Below are positions 10,493-19,723 of a DNA stretch of 64,000 nt, piece by piece. Source of the DNA: a candidate division WOR-3 bacterium (GTDB lineage Bacteria > Hydrothermota > 32-111); NCBI GenBank assembly GCA_039804205.1, contig JBDRZY010000001.1:222198-286197 (forward strand), given 5' to 3'. The notes below the pieces were generated by a model. The model was not told the origin of the DNA. It was given only the letters and a program-made list of their open reading frames with translations, and searched no databases. How positions within the stretch are numbered: the stretch's first letter is position 1; each line of letters opens with the position of its first letter. A program made the translations under genes and the position numbers.

Positions 10493-11310
10493 AACGATTT
10501 TAAAAACATTAAGATCTTTTCAAAATTTTTTATTGGATCTTCGATTGGATCTATGTATAAAATTTTTGCTTTCAGTTCTTTTTCGAAATTTTTAGCATAG
10601 TTCTCTGAGGATCTGTTCGTATAGAAAAAGATTTTAATTTTTTCTTTTGACATTTTTTCAAAAATATTTTTCAGATCTCTTACAGAAATTTCATCCTCAT
10701 TATCGGAGATGGTTTTTATTTCTAAGTTAAACTCCTGTCCAAAGTAGTAAAAAGCGTTATGGTCTGTATAAATGGTGCTCAATTGTTTTTCCTTTATGAT
10801 TTTTTCGATAGATTCTTTTAACGAATCTATTTTGCTATTCAAGATATGAAAGTTTCTGTTCAGATTTTCTTTTTCAACAATGTTGTAAAAGAAAAGCGTA
10901 TCATAAAGAACTTTTGAAAAGATTTTTAGATTATCAAGAGAAATCCAGATGTGTGGATCGTTAACTTTTGTAAGCGATCTGGATAAGTTTATCGTTATCG
11001 AATTTTTTGCCTCTTTCAAAAATTGATTTTTATTTTTTTCTTCAAACTCAATTTTTGAACCAAGTAGAACAAAAATTTTCGATTCTGAAATTCTTTTGAA
11101 GCTGGAAGGAGAAATTTCTGAAATATGTGGATCCATATTCCTTTCGAGAACACTTACACTAACGATTGTGGAATCGAGAAGGTTTTGAAGAAAAGCACTG
11201 ATTGGAAACAGAGTTGAAACGACAACCGTTTTTTTGCTTTTTACATCGCTACACGAGAAAAGGATAAGAACTGTAAAGAATAGAATGAAAAAGATTTTGT
11301 TATTTTTCAT
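10489..11310 (-). CDS. periplasmic metal-binding lipoprotein (ZnuA/TroA-like cluster-9 SBP)
   Basis: Lipobox LFSCS. Candidate metal-ligand motifs DPHISEISPS and DPHIWIS. It is the first gene of a three-gene ABC operon. Confidence 0.65.
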   Translation of the reverse strand: MKNNKIFFILFFTVLILFSCSDVKSKKTVVVSTLFPISAFLQNLLDSTIVSVSVLERNMDPHISEISPSSFKRISESKIFVLLGSKIEFEEKNKNQFLKEAKNSITINLSRSLTKVNDPHIWISLDNLKIFSKVLYDTLFFYNIVEKENLNRNFHILNSKIDSLKESIEKIIKEKQLSTIYTDHNAFYYFGQEFNLEIKTISDNEDEISVRDLKNIFEKMSKEKIKIFFYTNRSSENYAKNFEKELKAKILYIDPIEDPIKNFEKILMFLKSL

Positions 11311-12574
11311 TTTTTAACCTGTCCTTCAATTTTTTATAATAATCTATTCTTTTTATCATCTCCCTCTCAAACCCTCTTTCAACTGGAAAGTAAAACACTT
11401 TTTCATCAACACCATCTGGAAAATAGTTCTCAAGAACAAAACTGTTTTCAAACTCTGGAGGATACTTATAACCTTTTCCTATCCCCTCGTTTCTGTCAAA
11501 CTCTGTAACTGGGTTTCTGAATCGGAGGGGAACATCTTTGTGTGATGTTTCTTTAGCATACTCCATCGAATTTGAATATGCATTATAAACTGCTACAGAT
11601 TTCGGTGATAGAGCAAGATAGATTGCGCATTGCAACAAAGCGATTTCTCCTTCAGGTGAACCCAGCTTTTCAAAAGCCTCATAAGCGTTGTTTGCCAAGA
11701 TCAAAGCGTTTGGATCAGCGGTTCCAATATCCTCAGATGCGATCCTGATCATTCTTCTTGCGATGTAAAGAGGATCCTCTCCTCCGGTTATCATTCTTGC
11801 GAAATAGTAAATCGATGCGTTAACATCACTTCCTCTTATAGATTTATGAAAAGCCGAGATCAGATTATAGTGATAATCACCCTTTTTATCATACTGGATC
11901 AACTTTTTTGAAACTATCAGTTTTTTAAACTCTTCAGCGTCACCGATCGTTTTTAGATCCTGATAAAAGTTTTGAATAATGTTTATAAGTTGCCTTGCAT
12001 CGTTGTTAGAAAAAGCTATCAAGATCTGATAAATCTTTTCATCTTTAATTTCCATGTTGAGATTTTTAAAAATATTTTCTGCTATTTTTTTTAAATCATC
12101 TTCTTCCAATCTGTTGAATTTAAAAACTGTAACTCTTGAAAGCAATGCGGGTGTCAATTCATAGGAGGGATTTTCTGTTGTTGTTCCAATTACTATTACA
12201 TTTCCATCCTCAATATACGGTAGAAGAGCATCCTGTTGTATTCTGTTCATACGATGGATCTCATCGATGACGATAACCAGAGTTGATGATTTTGATTCTT
12301 CGATTATCTTTTTTAAATTTGTAGTCGAAAAATTTATACCGTTGATGTACAGTTTTGGTAAGGAATAATTTTTTACCAGAATATTTGCAAGAGTGGTTTT
12401 CCCAGAACCCGGTGGTCCAACAAAGATCATGGAAATCAATATTCTGTCTTCAAGAAATTTTCTTATAACACCATTCTCTCCAACAAGATGTTTTTGTCCA
12501 ACAAACTGATCAAGTGTTTCTGGTCTAAATTTTTGTGCAAATGGAATATATTTAGAATCCATAGTTTCCTTCAA
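11300..12574 (-). CDS. rarA: replication-associated recombination protein A (RarA/MgsA AAA+ ATPase)
   Basis: N-terminal [16 protein letters not shown], Walker [10 protein letters not shown], Walker B DEIHR. The C-terminal MgsA domain is present. Confidence 0.85.
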   Translation of the reverse strand: MKETMDSKYIPFAQKFRPETLDQFVGQKHLVGENGVIRKFLEDRILISMIFVGPPGSGKTTLANILVKNYSLPKLYINGINFSTTNLKKIIEESKSSTLVIVIDEIHRMNRIQQDALLPYIEDGNVIVIGTTTENPSYELTPALLSRVTVFKFNRLEEDDLKKIAENIFKNLNMEIKDEKIYQILIAFSNNDARQLINIIQNFYQDLKTIGDAEEFKKLIVSKKLIQYDKKGDYHYNLISAFHKSIRGSDVNASIYYFARMITGGEDPLYIARRMIRIASEDIGTADPNALILANNAYEAFEKLGSPEGEIALLQCAIYLALSPKSVAVYNAYSNSMEYAKETSHKDVPLRFRNPVTEFDRNEGIGKGYKYPPEFENSFVLENYFPDGVDEKVFYFPVERGFEREMIKRIDYYKKLKDRLKNEK

Positions 12575-13193
12575 AGAGTAGAATTGAAATCCTTTTGTGA
12601 GGAAAAGATCTTTTTGTTATAACAGTAGAATAACATATTGTGTTCTCATCCTCACAATCTATACATCTTTGAAGTTTCACACATGGAGTTGTTAGATTGA
12701 ACCTTTTACAGTTCGAAACGGCGGCAACATTTTTTGCCCTCTCGATCGCAGAATCTATATCTTTTGTGATTTTGTTCGTTGATGCTATCACAACAACCTT
12801 TTTTGGACCAAATAAAAGCGCACCCACTCTGTTCCCCCTCTTGTCTATATTTATCAATGCTCCAGTTGAAGAGATCGCATTTGTTGACATAAAGTAGATA
12901 TCTGAAAATAAAGCTGCTCTTTCAGATTCAAGTTTTTTTTCCTCATCATCACCACTTATTCTTTCAATATATCTTTTACCGTGTTGTATTATAAAATCTT
13001 TTAATCCCGTTTGAACGAGAGTGGTTGAACCTCCAAAAGAAAAACTTTCGTAAACGTTCAAAAATTCTTTTATCTTTTCTTTCATTTGTTCAAAATCTTC
13101 ATAGTAGAAAACTTCAAAATAATGTTTTTCAAGGTTTTTGATCGTTTTTTCAACTATTCTATCCAAAATAGAATCCTCCCGCAATTTGGACAT
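12552..13193 (-). CDS. LUD-domain protein (LutC/YkgG-like) with an extra C-terminal Cys cluster
   Basis: ~210 aa with LutC-like FGGSTTL and GALINID. It additionally carries CKRFNLTTPCVKLQRCIDCEDENTICYS. Confidence 0.5.
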   Translation of the reverse strand: MSKLREDSILDRIVEKTIKNLEKHYFEVFYYEDFEQMKEKIKEFLNVYESFSFGGSTTLVQTGLKDFIIQHGKRYIERISGDDEEKKLESERAALFSDIYFMSTNAISSTGALINIDKRGNRVGALLFGPKKVVVIASTNKITKDIDSAIERAKNVAAVSNCKRFNLTTPCVKLQRCIDCEDENTICYSTVITKRSFPHKRISILLFEGNYGF

Positions 13194-13510
13194 GTTATAA
13201 TTTTGTTGTTTTTATCTCCTTCAGCAACATAACTTGTAGGAAGAGCAGTGAAACATCCATAACAAACACCATCGTTGACCTGAGCTACAGCTCTCATCTT
13301 ATACCTTTTCTGTATTTTGTCATATTTGCTTAAAAGATCCGGTTCAATTTTTTTTCTGATACTTTCTCTCAACTTGTTTATTTCATTCTCTTTTGCCTGA
13401 ACTCTAAAACCTAAGGATTCCTCTTTTGTTCTTATCCTGTCATTTTTTAACTCCTCCAGTTGTGTATCAAGATCACTCAACTGGATGAGGTATTGTAACT
13501 GTATGTTCAT
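13154..13510 (-). CDS. short coiled-coil protein with C4 zinc ribbon (zf-RING_7 / COG1579-like)
   Basis: 118 aa. Coiled-coil N-terminal half and C-terminal CYGCF...(20)...CPNCGRILF. A paralog of the 24967..25689 product. Confidence 0.5.
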   Translation of the reverse strand: MNIQLQYLIQLSDLDTQLEELKNDRIRTKEESLGFRVQAKENEINKLRESIRKKIEPDLLSKYDKIQKRYKMRAVAQVNDGVCYGCFTALPTSYVAEGDKNNKIITCPNCGRILFWIE

Positions 13511-13977
13511 ATTTCATCCTCCATACTTTCTTCCATTTTTTTTATCAACTCAATAAAATCTTCATAATTATCTATTTTAAGATAATCTTTTTTCTTTATC
13601 AACTTTTTTGAAAGAGCAGCTATCTTTCCAAGAAGGATAAGATACTGATTCGAAGAATCAAGAGGAGGAGCTATGATCAAAAATATTATGTTTACATTTT
13701 TTCCATCAAGTGACTCGTACTCGATACCTTTAGGGGAAATACCAACATACAGACAGAGTTTGTCGAGAACTACCGATCTGGCGTGCGGGATTGCTATTCC
13801 GTTTCCGATACCAGTTGTTCCAAGAATTTCCCTCTGTTTTAAAGAAAGAAGTATCAGATCTTTTTTTTCTTTAGAAAGTTTCATTTTATCAACCATTTCT
13901 TCGAGCGCTTTATCTTTTGTTTTGCTTTTTAGATCAAAAATCACATTTTCTTTTTTTAAAAACTGTGATATTAACAT
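13507..13977 (-). CDS. ptsN: PTS EIIA-Ntr (PtsN-type nitrogen regulatory IIA protein)
   Basis: PTS_EIIA_2 signature GTTGIGNGIAIPHARS. 156 aa. Confidence 0.75.
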   Translation of the reverse strand: MLISQFLKKENVIFDLKSKTKDKALEEMVDKMKLSKEKKDLILLSLKQREILGTTGIGNGIAIPHARSVVLDKLCLYVGISPKGIEYESLDGKNVNIIFLIIAPPLDSSNQYLILLGKIAALSKKLIKKKDYLKIDNYEDFIELIKKMEESMEDEI

Positions 13978-13985
13978 TTTTCCTC

Positions 13986-15050
13986 CTAAATTGTTATTGG
14001 AACTGTTAAAGTTAAATAGTAATCAAATTTTCCTATATAATACCTTTCGAGTGTTGATTCAAAACATAGATCGACTCTAACAGAGTTGGAGTTGTACCCT
14101 ACCCCCAGATCTATTATTGCTGTACTGAGTGTTGGGAGTTCTTTAAATGATGTTCCGATCCTGATACTTGGTGATCCTTTTTTTAAATCGTCCCAGAAAG
14201 AGTTTGTCTTTTCTGAGATTTCAAAAAATGTGTATTCACCACCCAACGTGTAAACGAAAGGTGTTTCATTTCTTAAAAATTTGGAAACATTAAAGTTGAA
14301 CAAAAGGTTTGGGTTTGGAACAAAAGATATTCCGAGATTACCATTCATGGGAATTATCTGTTTATCGTAAGAGTCCCAATAGATATGGGTCAGAATATCT
14401 CTGAAAACAAGAGATATAAAAAGATTTGATAGGGATAGAACCAATCCTCCATCAAGACCATAACCGTTACCATAGGATATATCAGCAAAACCATCGATGA
14501 TGTTACCTGAAGAATCATAGGATAGTTTCGCTTCAGCGATTTTTCCATTTAGGTATTTCAGGTTGATTCCAAAATATATTGGAGAGGAAAATTTTTCATT
14601 AAAACCTGTGAAACTTGTTAAAGACAACCAGTACTGGTCAAGTTTCATTTCAAAATCTCTCTCTATGTTCAAGGAATCAAAAAATGAATCCCTGTAGGAG
14701 ATTTTGAAAAGGGGCATATAACTGAGTCCACCCTGATAGGTTGAAATCGTAAAAAAAGAAATATTTTTCCCGTAAACGGATTGTTCCTTTTGAATGAATT
14801 CAGCATAAGAAGAGAAATGATCCGTTTCAAAGGATAAAGATATTCCTCCGGAATTTAGACCGGAAAGTGTTGCAGGATTATAGAATGTGGAACTTATATC
14901 ACCCATAATCGATGTTCCGTTACCACCTAAACCTCTGATTCTTGCAGATGGAAAAATCGTTGGATAATCTGTTGGAATTGGGACTTTGTCTGGAAAAACG
15001 AAAACGAACGTAAAAAAGAAAAGTATCAAACAGAATGGTTTTTTACACAT
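13986..15050 (-). CDS. outer-membrane beta-barrel protein, FadL/PorP-SprF-like
   Basis: Signal peptide followed by the N-terminal motif ARIRGLGGNG...DISSTFYNPATLSGL (NPA-type motif of FadL/PorP families). Glycine- and aromatic-rich alternating beta-strand pattern. Confidence 0.45.
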   Translation of the reverse strand: MCKKPFCLILFFFTFVFVFPDKVPIPTDYPTIFPSARIRGLGGNGTSIMGDISSTFYNPATLSGLNSGGISLSFETDHFSSYAEFIQKEQSVYGKNISFFTISTYQGGLSYMPLFKISYRDSFFDSLNIERDFEMKLDQYWLSLTSFTGFNEKFSSPIYFGINLKYLNGKIAEAKLSYDSSGNIIDGFADISYGNGYGLDGGLVLSLSNLFISLVFRDILTHIYWDSYDKQIIPMNGNLGISFVPNPNLLFNFNVSKFLRNETPFVYTLGGEYTFFEISEKTNSFWDDLKKGSPSIRIGTSFKELPTLSTAIIDLGVGYNSNSVRVDLCFESTLERYYIGKFDYYLTLTVPITI

Positions 15051-15053
15051 TTT

Positions 15054-16118
15054 TTAATATTCCATCTCCTTTTCTTCACCTTTTAAAACCCTTAATGCAC
15101 CCATAACTAGAGCCAGTATTTCATCCTCTCCCGGGTATACGATCACGGGTGCAATAAATTTTGTTCTTTCAACTATTATATCTATTAAACATTTATTGTA
15201 AGCGATTCCACCTGTGACAAGTATCGCATCAACCTTTCCATAGAGAACTGTAGCCATAGCACCTATTTCTTTTGAAACCTGATACATCATGGCTGAAAGT
15301 ATAAGTTCAACTTTTTTATCTCCTTCATTCATAAGTTTTACAAGTTCTGAAATGTTATCGTTCTTGAGATAAGAATAGACTCCGCCCTGCATGGTCAACA
15401 TTTTTTTTACATCCTCATATTCCATCTTTTTTGATATGATGAGTTTTGAAAGTTGGGTGACTGGTAAGGTTCCAGTTCTTTGTGGAGAGAAAGGCCCTTC
15501 ATCGTTAGCGTTATTCACATCTATCATTCTTCCATTTTTATGGGCGGAAACAGATATACCGGTTCCAAGATGAACAACTATAAGAGAGGATTTAAAATAA
15601 TCTTTGTTGTTTTCCTTTGCCCATCTTTTTGCTATCATTTTCATATTCAAAGCGTGTGAAAGAGATTTTCTTTCAATACCTTCAAGACCTGAAATTCTTG
15701 CGATATCATCGAACTCATCGACGGAAACTGGATCAACTATGAATTTTTTCTGTTTTTGATCTACTGCCAATTTTTCTGCTATAAGACATGCAAGGTTTGA
15801 TACATGATCTGCAAGCACGTTTCCAGACAAAACATCATCGATCATTTTTTGGTTTATGGAGTAGGTTCCAGATTTCAACGGCTTGAATGGTCCACCCCTT
15901 GCTACAAAAACATCGATTTCTTCAAGTTTGATATTTTTCTGTTTCAAAAAATCTTTTACAACCTGAACTCTCATATCGAGTTGATCGATCGTTTTTTTGA
16001 ACTTCTGAATATCATCGTTGTGATGTCTCAAAGATTCAGTAAAAACTTCATTTTCATCTTCATAATAACCGATCTTTGTTGAAGTTGCTCCAGGATTTAT
16101 CGCAAGAATTTTGAACAT
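15054..16118 (-). CDS. buk: butyrate kinase (acetate/butyrate kinase family)
   Basis: N-terminal MFKILAINPGATSTKIG. ASKHG superfamily motifs (HLGTGISVSA, VTGGIAYN). 354 aa. Confidence 0.85.
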   Translation of the reverse strand: MFKILAINPGATSTKIGYYEDENEVFTESLRHHNDDIQKFKKTIDQLDMRVQVVKDFLKQKNIKLEEIDVFVARGGPFKPLKSGTYSINQKMIDDVLSGNVLADHVSNLACLIAEKLAVDQKQKKFIVDPVSVDEFDDIARISGLEGIERKSLSHALNMKMIAKRWAKENNKDYFKSSLIVVHLGTGISVSAHKNGRMIDVNNANDEGPFSPQRTGTLPVTQLSKLIISKKMEYEDVKKMLTMQGGVYSYLKNDNISELVKLMNEGDKKVELILSAMMYQVSKEIGAMATVLYGKVDAILVTGGIAYNKCLIDIIVERTKFIAPVIVYPGEDEILALVMGALRVLKGEEKEMEY

Positions 16119-16120
16119 TT

Positions 16121-17296
16121 TTACTCCTTTGTCTCTTCTCTGTTTATTTTTGATAGTTGAACAAATTTTATCGCTTTTATGATCTCATATTTGTCCACAA
16201 GGTAAGAGTTGTTCAAAACTAGCCCTGAACCCATATCGTTTGCCTTTGTGTACAATGAATAGATGTTTTCATATTTTTCCATGTTTCCTTCGATCTTAAA
16301 AATAGAGTTTACAAGTTCTATGATTTTGGGGTGTGTTACAATTTTACCATCAAAACCCATATCCCATGAAATTCTCAGTTCCTCTTTTATCTCATCATTG
16401 TTGTCTATTTTTGAAGTTGTTGTATCAAAAGCCATTATATTCGCAGCTTTTACCTTTGTTATAAATTCAAGTTTAGCAAAATAGATATGGTCTGTAATGT
16501 TATCGGAAGGAAGAGCAAGAGATGTTAAATATTCTTTAACGTTTAAGATCGCTCCAAAAACTCTGTCGGAAACTGAAGAGATCTCATACAGGTTTACCAA
16601 TCCTTTGACAGATTCAATGGAAGGGACCAGCATTATCCTGTTAAAAATTTTATATTTTTTTTCTGCTTTCTCTACCAACTCCAGGGTTTTTTTTACATCG
16701 AACTCTGTTTCACATTTGGTTAATACAAAAAAATCTGGAGAGAACTGGGTAAGATAATCTATATCATCGTTACCACCAAGATCGAGAGGATTTATTTTTA
16801 CCATCCGAAATATCGTTTCATTCAACTTTTCGTTTAAAAAATTTCCAACAAGGATTCTTGAACTATCTTTTTCGTTCAAAGGGATCCCTTTGTAGAGATC
16901 TAAAAGATATGCATCAGGTTTCAATTTAAAAGAGTCATTCAGATATTTTGGGTTGTTGACATTGATTTTGAAGATCGTTCTTATCGGTTGATATTTCAAA
17001 TCCATCTTTTCAACATAAATCTTTTTTTCAATTTCCTGTGACGCTCTTTTTATAACGGTTTCCATTCTCGCTTTGATTATAAAGTCAGGTGCACCAAAAT
17101 CTTTTATCAGGATTTTTGCGTTAACTATACCGTAGAAATTCAGGATTTGATCAACAAGATTTTTTATTTTTATGAACTGTTCTTCTCCAGAATTTGACGA
17201 AACTTCAATGTCAATACCGTTTTCAGCTGGTTCAATTTTTACGAGAACATCATAGGGGTTTTCAGAACCACAGATAGATTCTTTTCTTATCTCCAT
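16121..17296 (-). CDS. fusion of citrate lyase ACP (CitD-like, residues ~1-95) with citrate lyase beta subunit / HpcH-family citryl-CoA lyase (CitE-like)
   Basis: The N-terminus aligns closely with CitD (MEIRK..., EEQF, ENAKI, IKAR). Residues 95-391 align with CitE (PDAYLLDL, EKD, LVPSIESVKG, FDGK). The prosthetic-group Ser14 position reads Pro, and the DLED motif reads DLYK. Confidence 0.65.
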   Translation of the reverse strand: MEIRKESICGSENPYDVLVKIEPAENGIDIEVSSNSGEEQFIKIKNLVDQILNFYGIVNAKILIKDFGAPDFIIKARMETVIKRASQEIEKKIYVEKMDLKYQPIRTIFKINVNNPKYLNDSFKLKPDAYLLDLYKGIPLNEKDSSRILVGNFLNEKLNETIFRMVKINPLDLGGNDDIDYLTQFSPDFFVLTKCETEFDVKKTLELVEKAEKKYKIFNRIMLVPSIESVKGLVNLYEISSVSDRVFGAILNVKEYLTSLALPSDNITDHIYFAKLEFITKVKAANIMAFDTTTSKIDNNDEIKEELRISWDMGFDGKIVTHPKIIELVNSIFKIEGNMEKYENIYSLYTKANDMGSGLVLNNSYLVDKYEIIKAIKFVQLSKINREETKE

Positions 17297-17304
17297 CCTG
17301 CCTC

Positions 17305-18495
17305 CTAATATTTTTCAGTGAGAGCATACTCGTAAAGTTTTTTTAATAAAGCGAGTCCAGAATTTTTTGAGAAGTTTCTGAAAGCGTACTGATGACAGAA
17401 AAGGGAACACTTCTTTTTAAAATTTTTTTCAACCATTTCCAGGATACCTTTGTAAAAGTTTTCTATGTTGATCTCTTTTAAAACTTTTCCATTTTCGTTG
17501 TTAACAAAAAATTGTAATTCTCCAACATCTGAAGATAAAACCGGTGTCCCCATAGCAAAAGATTGCAATGCAACTGTTCCAAACTGTTCAAATCTTAAAG
17601 GTAAAACAACAAGATCAGCAATATGGAATACTGTTGGTCTCTCTTCATACGTTAAATCTGGAAAATACAGGAAATGTTTGTGATCGGTTTTTACAATATC
17701 CTCTACCTCTTTTCTGAAATCTCCTTTTCCTGTAAAAATGAAACATATATCCTTTCGCATTTCCAGAATTTTTTTTGCGCATCCGATCGAAATGTCAGCT
17801 CCCTTCATATAGTTTAAACTTTCGGGAAACAAAACAGTATATTTTATTTCATCACTTATTCCAAAATATTCTCTATATGTTTCAAAGTTGTCATCGATAA
17901 ATTTGAACTGATCATCATCGTATCCTTTATAGATCAATTTCAATTTTACAGCATCGAGTTTGAATTTTTCCCTCAACAGTAACTCTATCTGTTTTGATGG
18001 AGCAACTATAAATCTTGAGTACTCAACAGCTTTGTTAACATACGCTTCGTATCTGATATCTTCAGAGGATACCTGTATCTCGTTTCCAAAACTTGTTGAA
18101 ACAAGAGGTATGTCATTTTTTATCTCTCCGAGAATTTTTGTGTTTATCCACAGATATTGTGAATGTATGATATCAGGATTGAAATATTCAATTATTTTTG
18201 CTAACGCGATATTTAAATATTTTTCATAAATTTCTATTTCCTGTAAAGTCATCTGATAGAAATTTTTATCGGTGTGTGGATGTGTTGTGAAACAGGGGAA
18301 TTTAAAAGGTATCTTATTGTTTCCAAAATACAGAGTTGTTATTTTAAATTGTTCGTTGTATTTTGTTTCCTCATTGTCAAAATTCACAACCAGAACTTCA
18401 TCGCCTTGGTTTACAAGGTATGTGGCTATATCTTTTGAATATATTCCACTCTGAGAAGCGACCAAAGGAAAAGGAGTAACTATTAAAACTTTCAT
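17305..18495 (-). CDS. glycosyltransferase family 4 (GT-B, RfaB-like)
   Basis: N-terminal MKVLIVTPFP and the C-terminal retaining-GT motif FEQFGTVALQSFAMGTPVLSSDVGE. Confidence 0.7.
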   Translation of the reverse strand: MKVLIVTPFPLVASQSGIYSKDIATYLVNQGDEVLVVNFDNEETKYNEQFKITTLYFGNNKIPFKFPCFTTHPHTDKNFYQMTLQEIEIYEKYLNIALAKIIEYFNPDIIHSQYLWINTKILGEIKNDIPLVSTSFGNEIQVSSEDIRYEAYVNKAVEYSRFIVAPSKQIELLLREKFKLDAVKLKLIYKGYDDDQFKFIDDNFETYREYFGISDEIKYTVLFPESLNYMKGADISIGCAKKILEMRKDICFIFTGKGDFRKEVEDIVKTDHKHFLYFPDLTYEERPTVFHIADLVVLPLRFEQFGTVALQSFAMGTPVLSSDVGELQFFVNNENGKVLKEINIENFYKGILEMVEKNFKKKCSLFCHQYAFRNFSKNSGLALLKKLYEYALTEKY

Positions 18496-18499
18496 CTAC

Positions 18500-19588
18500 T
18501 CAATCTCCCAAAGATATCTGTAATCTTCTCGCTGTTTCAACGAGTTGCCCATAGGGGTCTACAAGTTTCTGTTTACTTATGCTCTCCTCGATTGGTCTTG
18601 AAACTATTTCTGTCCCAACCAAACTGACCATATATCCAAACTTTTTTTGTGCTATCAGATCACAAACCTCAACACCAAACCTTGAGGATAATATTCTATC
18701 ATATGCTGTTGGAGATCCACCTCTTTGGATATGACCCAAAATTGTTGTCCTGATCTCCATATCCGTTTTTTCACTTAGTAGGGAAGCGATATAGTTACTT
18801 ATTCCTCCATATCGTGGTAATGTTCCCTCGTTTTTTGCTTTTTCTATGTAGTGTTTATCTTTTCCTTTTTCGTAGGCACCCTCAGCAACAACGATTATTG
18901 AAAAGTGTGAACCTCTCGAGTTTCTCTCATTTATTTTTTCTATGATTTTATCGATACTGAAAGGTATTTCGGGAATGAGTATTATGTCAGCGCCTCCTGC
19001 TATACCGGAATTTAAAGCTATCCATCCAGCATCCCTTCCCATTACTTCAACGATCATGATCCTGTGATGTGATTCTGCTGTTGTATGCAATTTGTCTATA
19101 GCATCGGTTGCTGTGTTTACAGCTGTAAAGAAACCAAATGTATAATCGGTCTTTGCAAGATCGTTATCGATCGTTTTCGGTACTCCGACGATGTTGGCTC
19201 CCTTTTTATAGAGTTGGTATGCGATATTTAAAGTTCCATCTCCCCCTATCACGATCAATCCATCGATTCCGAATTTTAAAATATTTTTTAAAATTTCATC
19301 CGATTTATCCTCTGTTACTGTTTCCCCATTTTTTTTCGTAGGATATTTGAAAGGGTTTCCTCTGTTTGATGTGCCAAGTATTGTTCCACCTTTTGGAAGT
19401 ATACCTTTGATGGTGTTTAAATCCATTTTAAAAATTTTGTCTGGCATTATCAATCCATCAAAACCATCCATTATCCCAAACACTTCCCAGCCATAGTGCA
19501 GAATAGCAGATTTAACTGATGCTCTGATCACAGCATTTAATCCTGGACAATCACCACCACCGGTTAATATTCCAATCCTTTTGATCAT
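18500..19588 (-). CDS. pfkA: 6-phosphofructokinase
   Basis: GILTGGGDCPGLNAVIRA, GGDGT, PKTIDND and MGR motifs. 362 aa. Carries Gly at the 104-equivalent and Lys at the 124-equivalent position. Confidence 0.9.
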   Translation of the reverse strand: MIKRIGILTGGGDCPGLNAVIRASVKSAILHYGWEVFGIMDGFDGLIMPDKIFKMDLNTIKGILPKGGTILGTSNRGNPFKYPTKKNGETVTEDKSDEILKNILKFGIDGLIVIGGDGTLNIAYQLYKKGANIVGVPKTIDNDLAKTDYTFGFFTAVNTATDAIDKLHTTAESHHRIMIVEVMGRDAGWIALNSGIAGGADIILIPEIPFSIDKIIEKINERNSRGSHFSIIVVAEGAYEKGKDKHYIEKAKNEGTLPRYGGISNYIASLLSEKTDMEIRTTILGHIQRGGSPTAYDRILSSRFGVEVCDLIAQKKFGYMVSLVGTEIVSRPIEESISKQKLVDPYGQLVETARRLQISLGD

Positions 19589-19606
19589 CTTTCTCCTTTT
19601 TTAAAA

Positions 19607-19679
19607 TGGACCAGAGCGGAGTCGAACCGCCGACCTCATCCTTGCGAAGGATGCGCTCTCCCAACTGAGCCACTGGCCC
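19607..19679 (-). tRNA. tRNA-Ala (anticodon CGC)
   Basis: 73-nt cloverleaf on the reverse complement (GGGCCAGTGGCTCAGTTGGGAGAGCGCATCCTTCGCAAGGATG...CTGGTCCA). G3:U70 Ala identity pair. Anticodon loop TTCGCAA. CCA is not encoded. Confidence 0.85.
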
Positions 19680-19690
19680 ATAAAATTATT

Positions 19691-19718
19691 ATTATATTGC
19701 CATTATTTAAAAAGACAA
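19691..19718 (-). promoter_or_regulatory. sigma70-like promoter for tRNA-Ala (-35 TTGTCT, 16 nt spacer, -10 TATAAT)
   Basis: The reverse complement reads TTGTCT-16nt-TATAAT, ending 11 nt before the tRNA 5' end. Confidence 0.4.
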
Positions 19719-19723
19719 GAGAT

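Noticed and set aside
15054-16118. Butyrate kinase as part of a ptb-buk pair
   Set aside because: No phosphotransbutyrylase gene is adjacent. The flanking genes are an OMP and the CitDE-like fusion. Buk is called on motif evidence alone.
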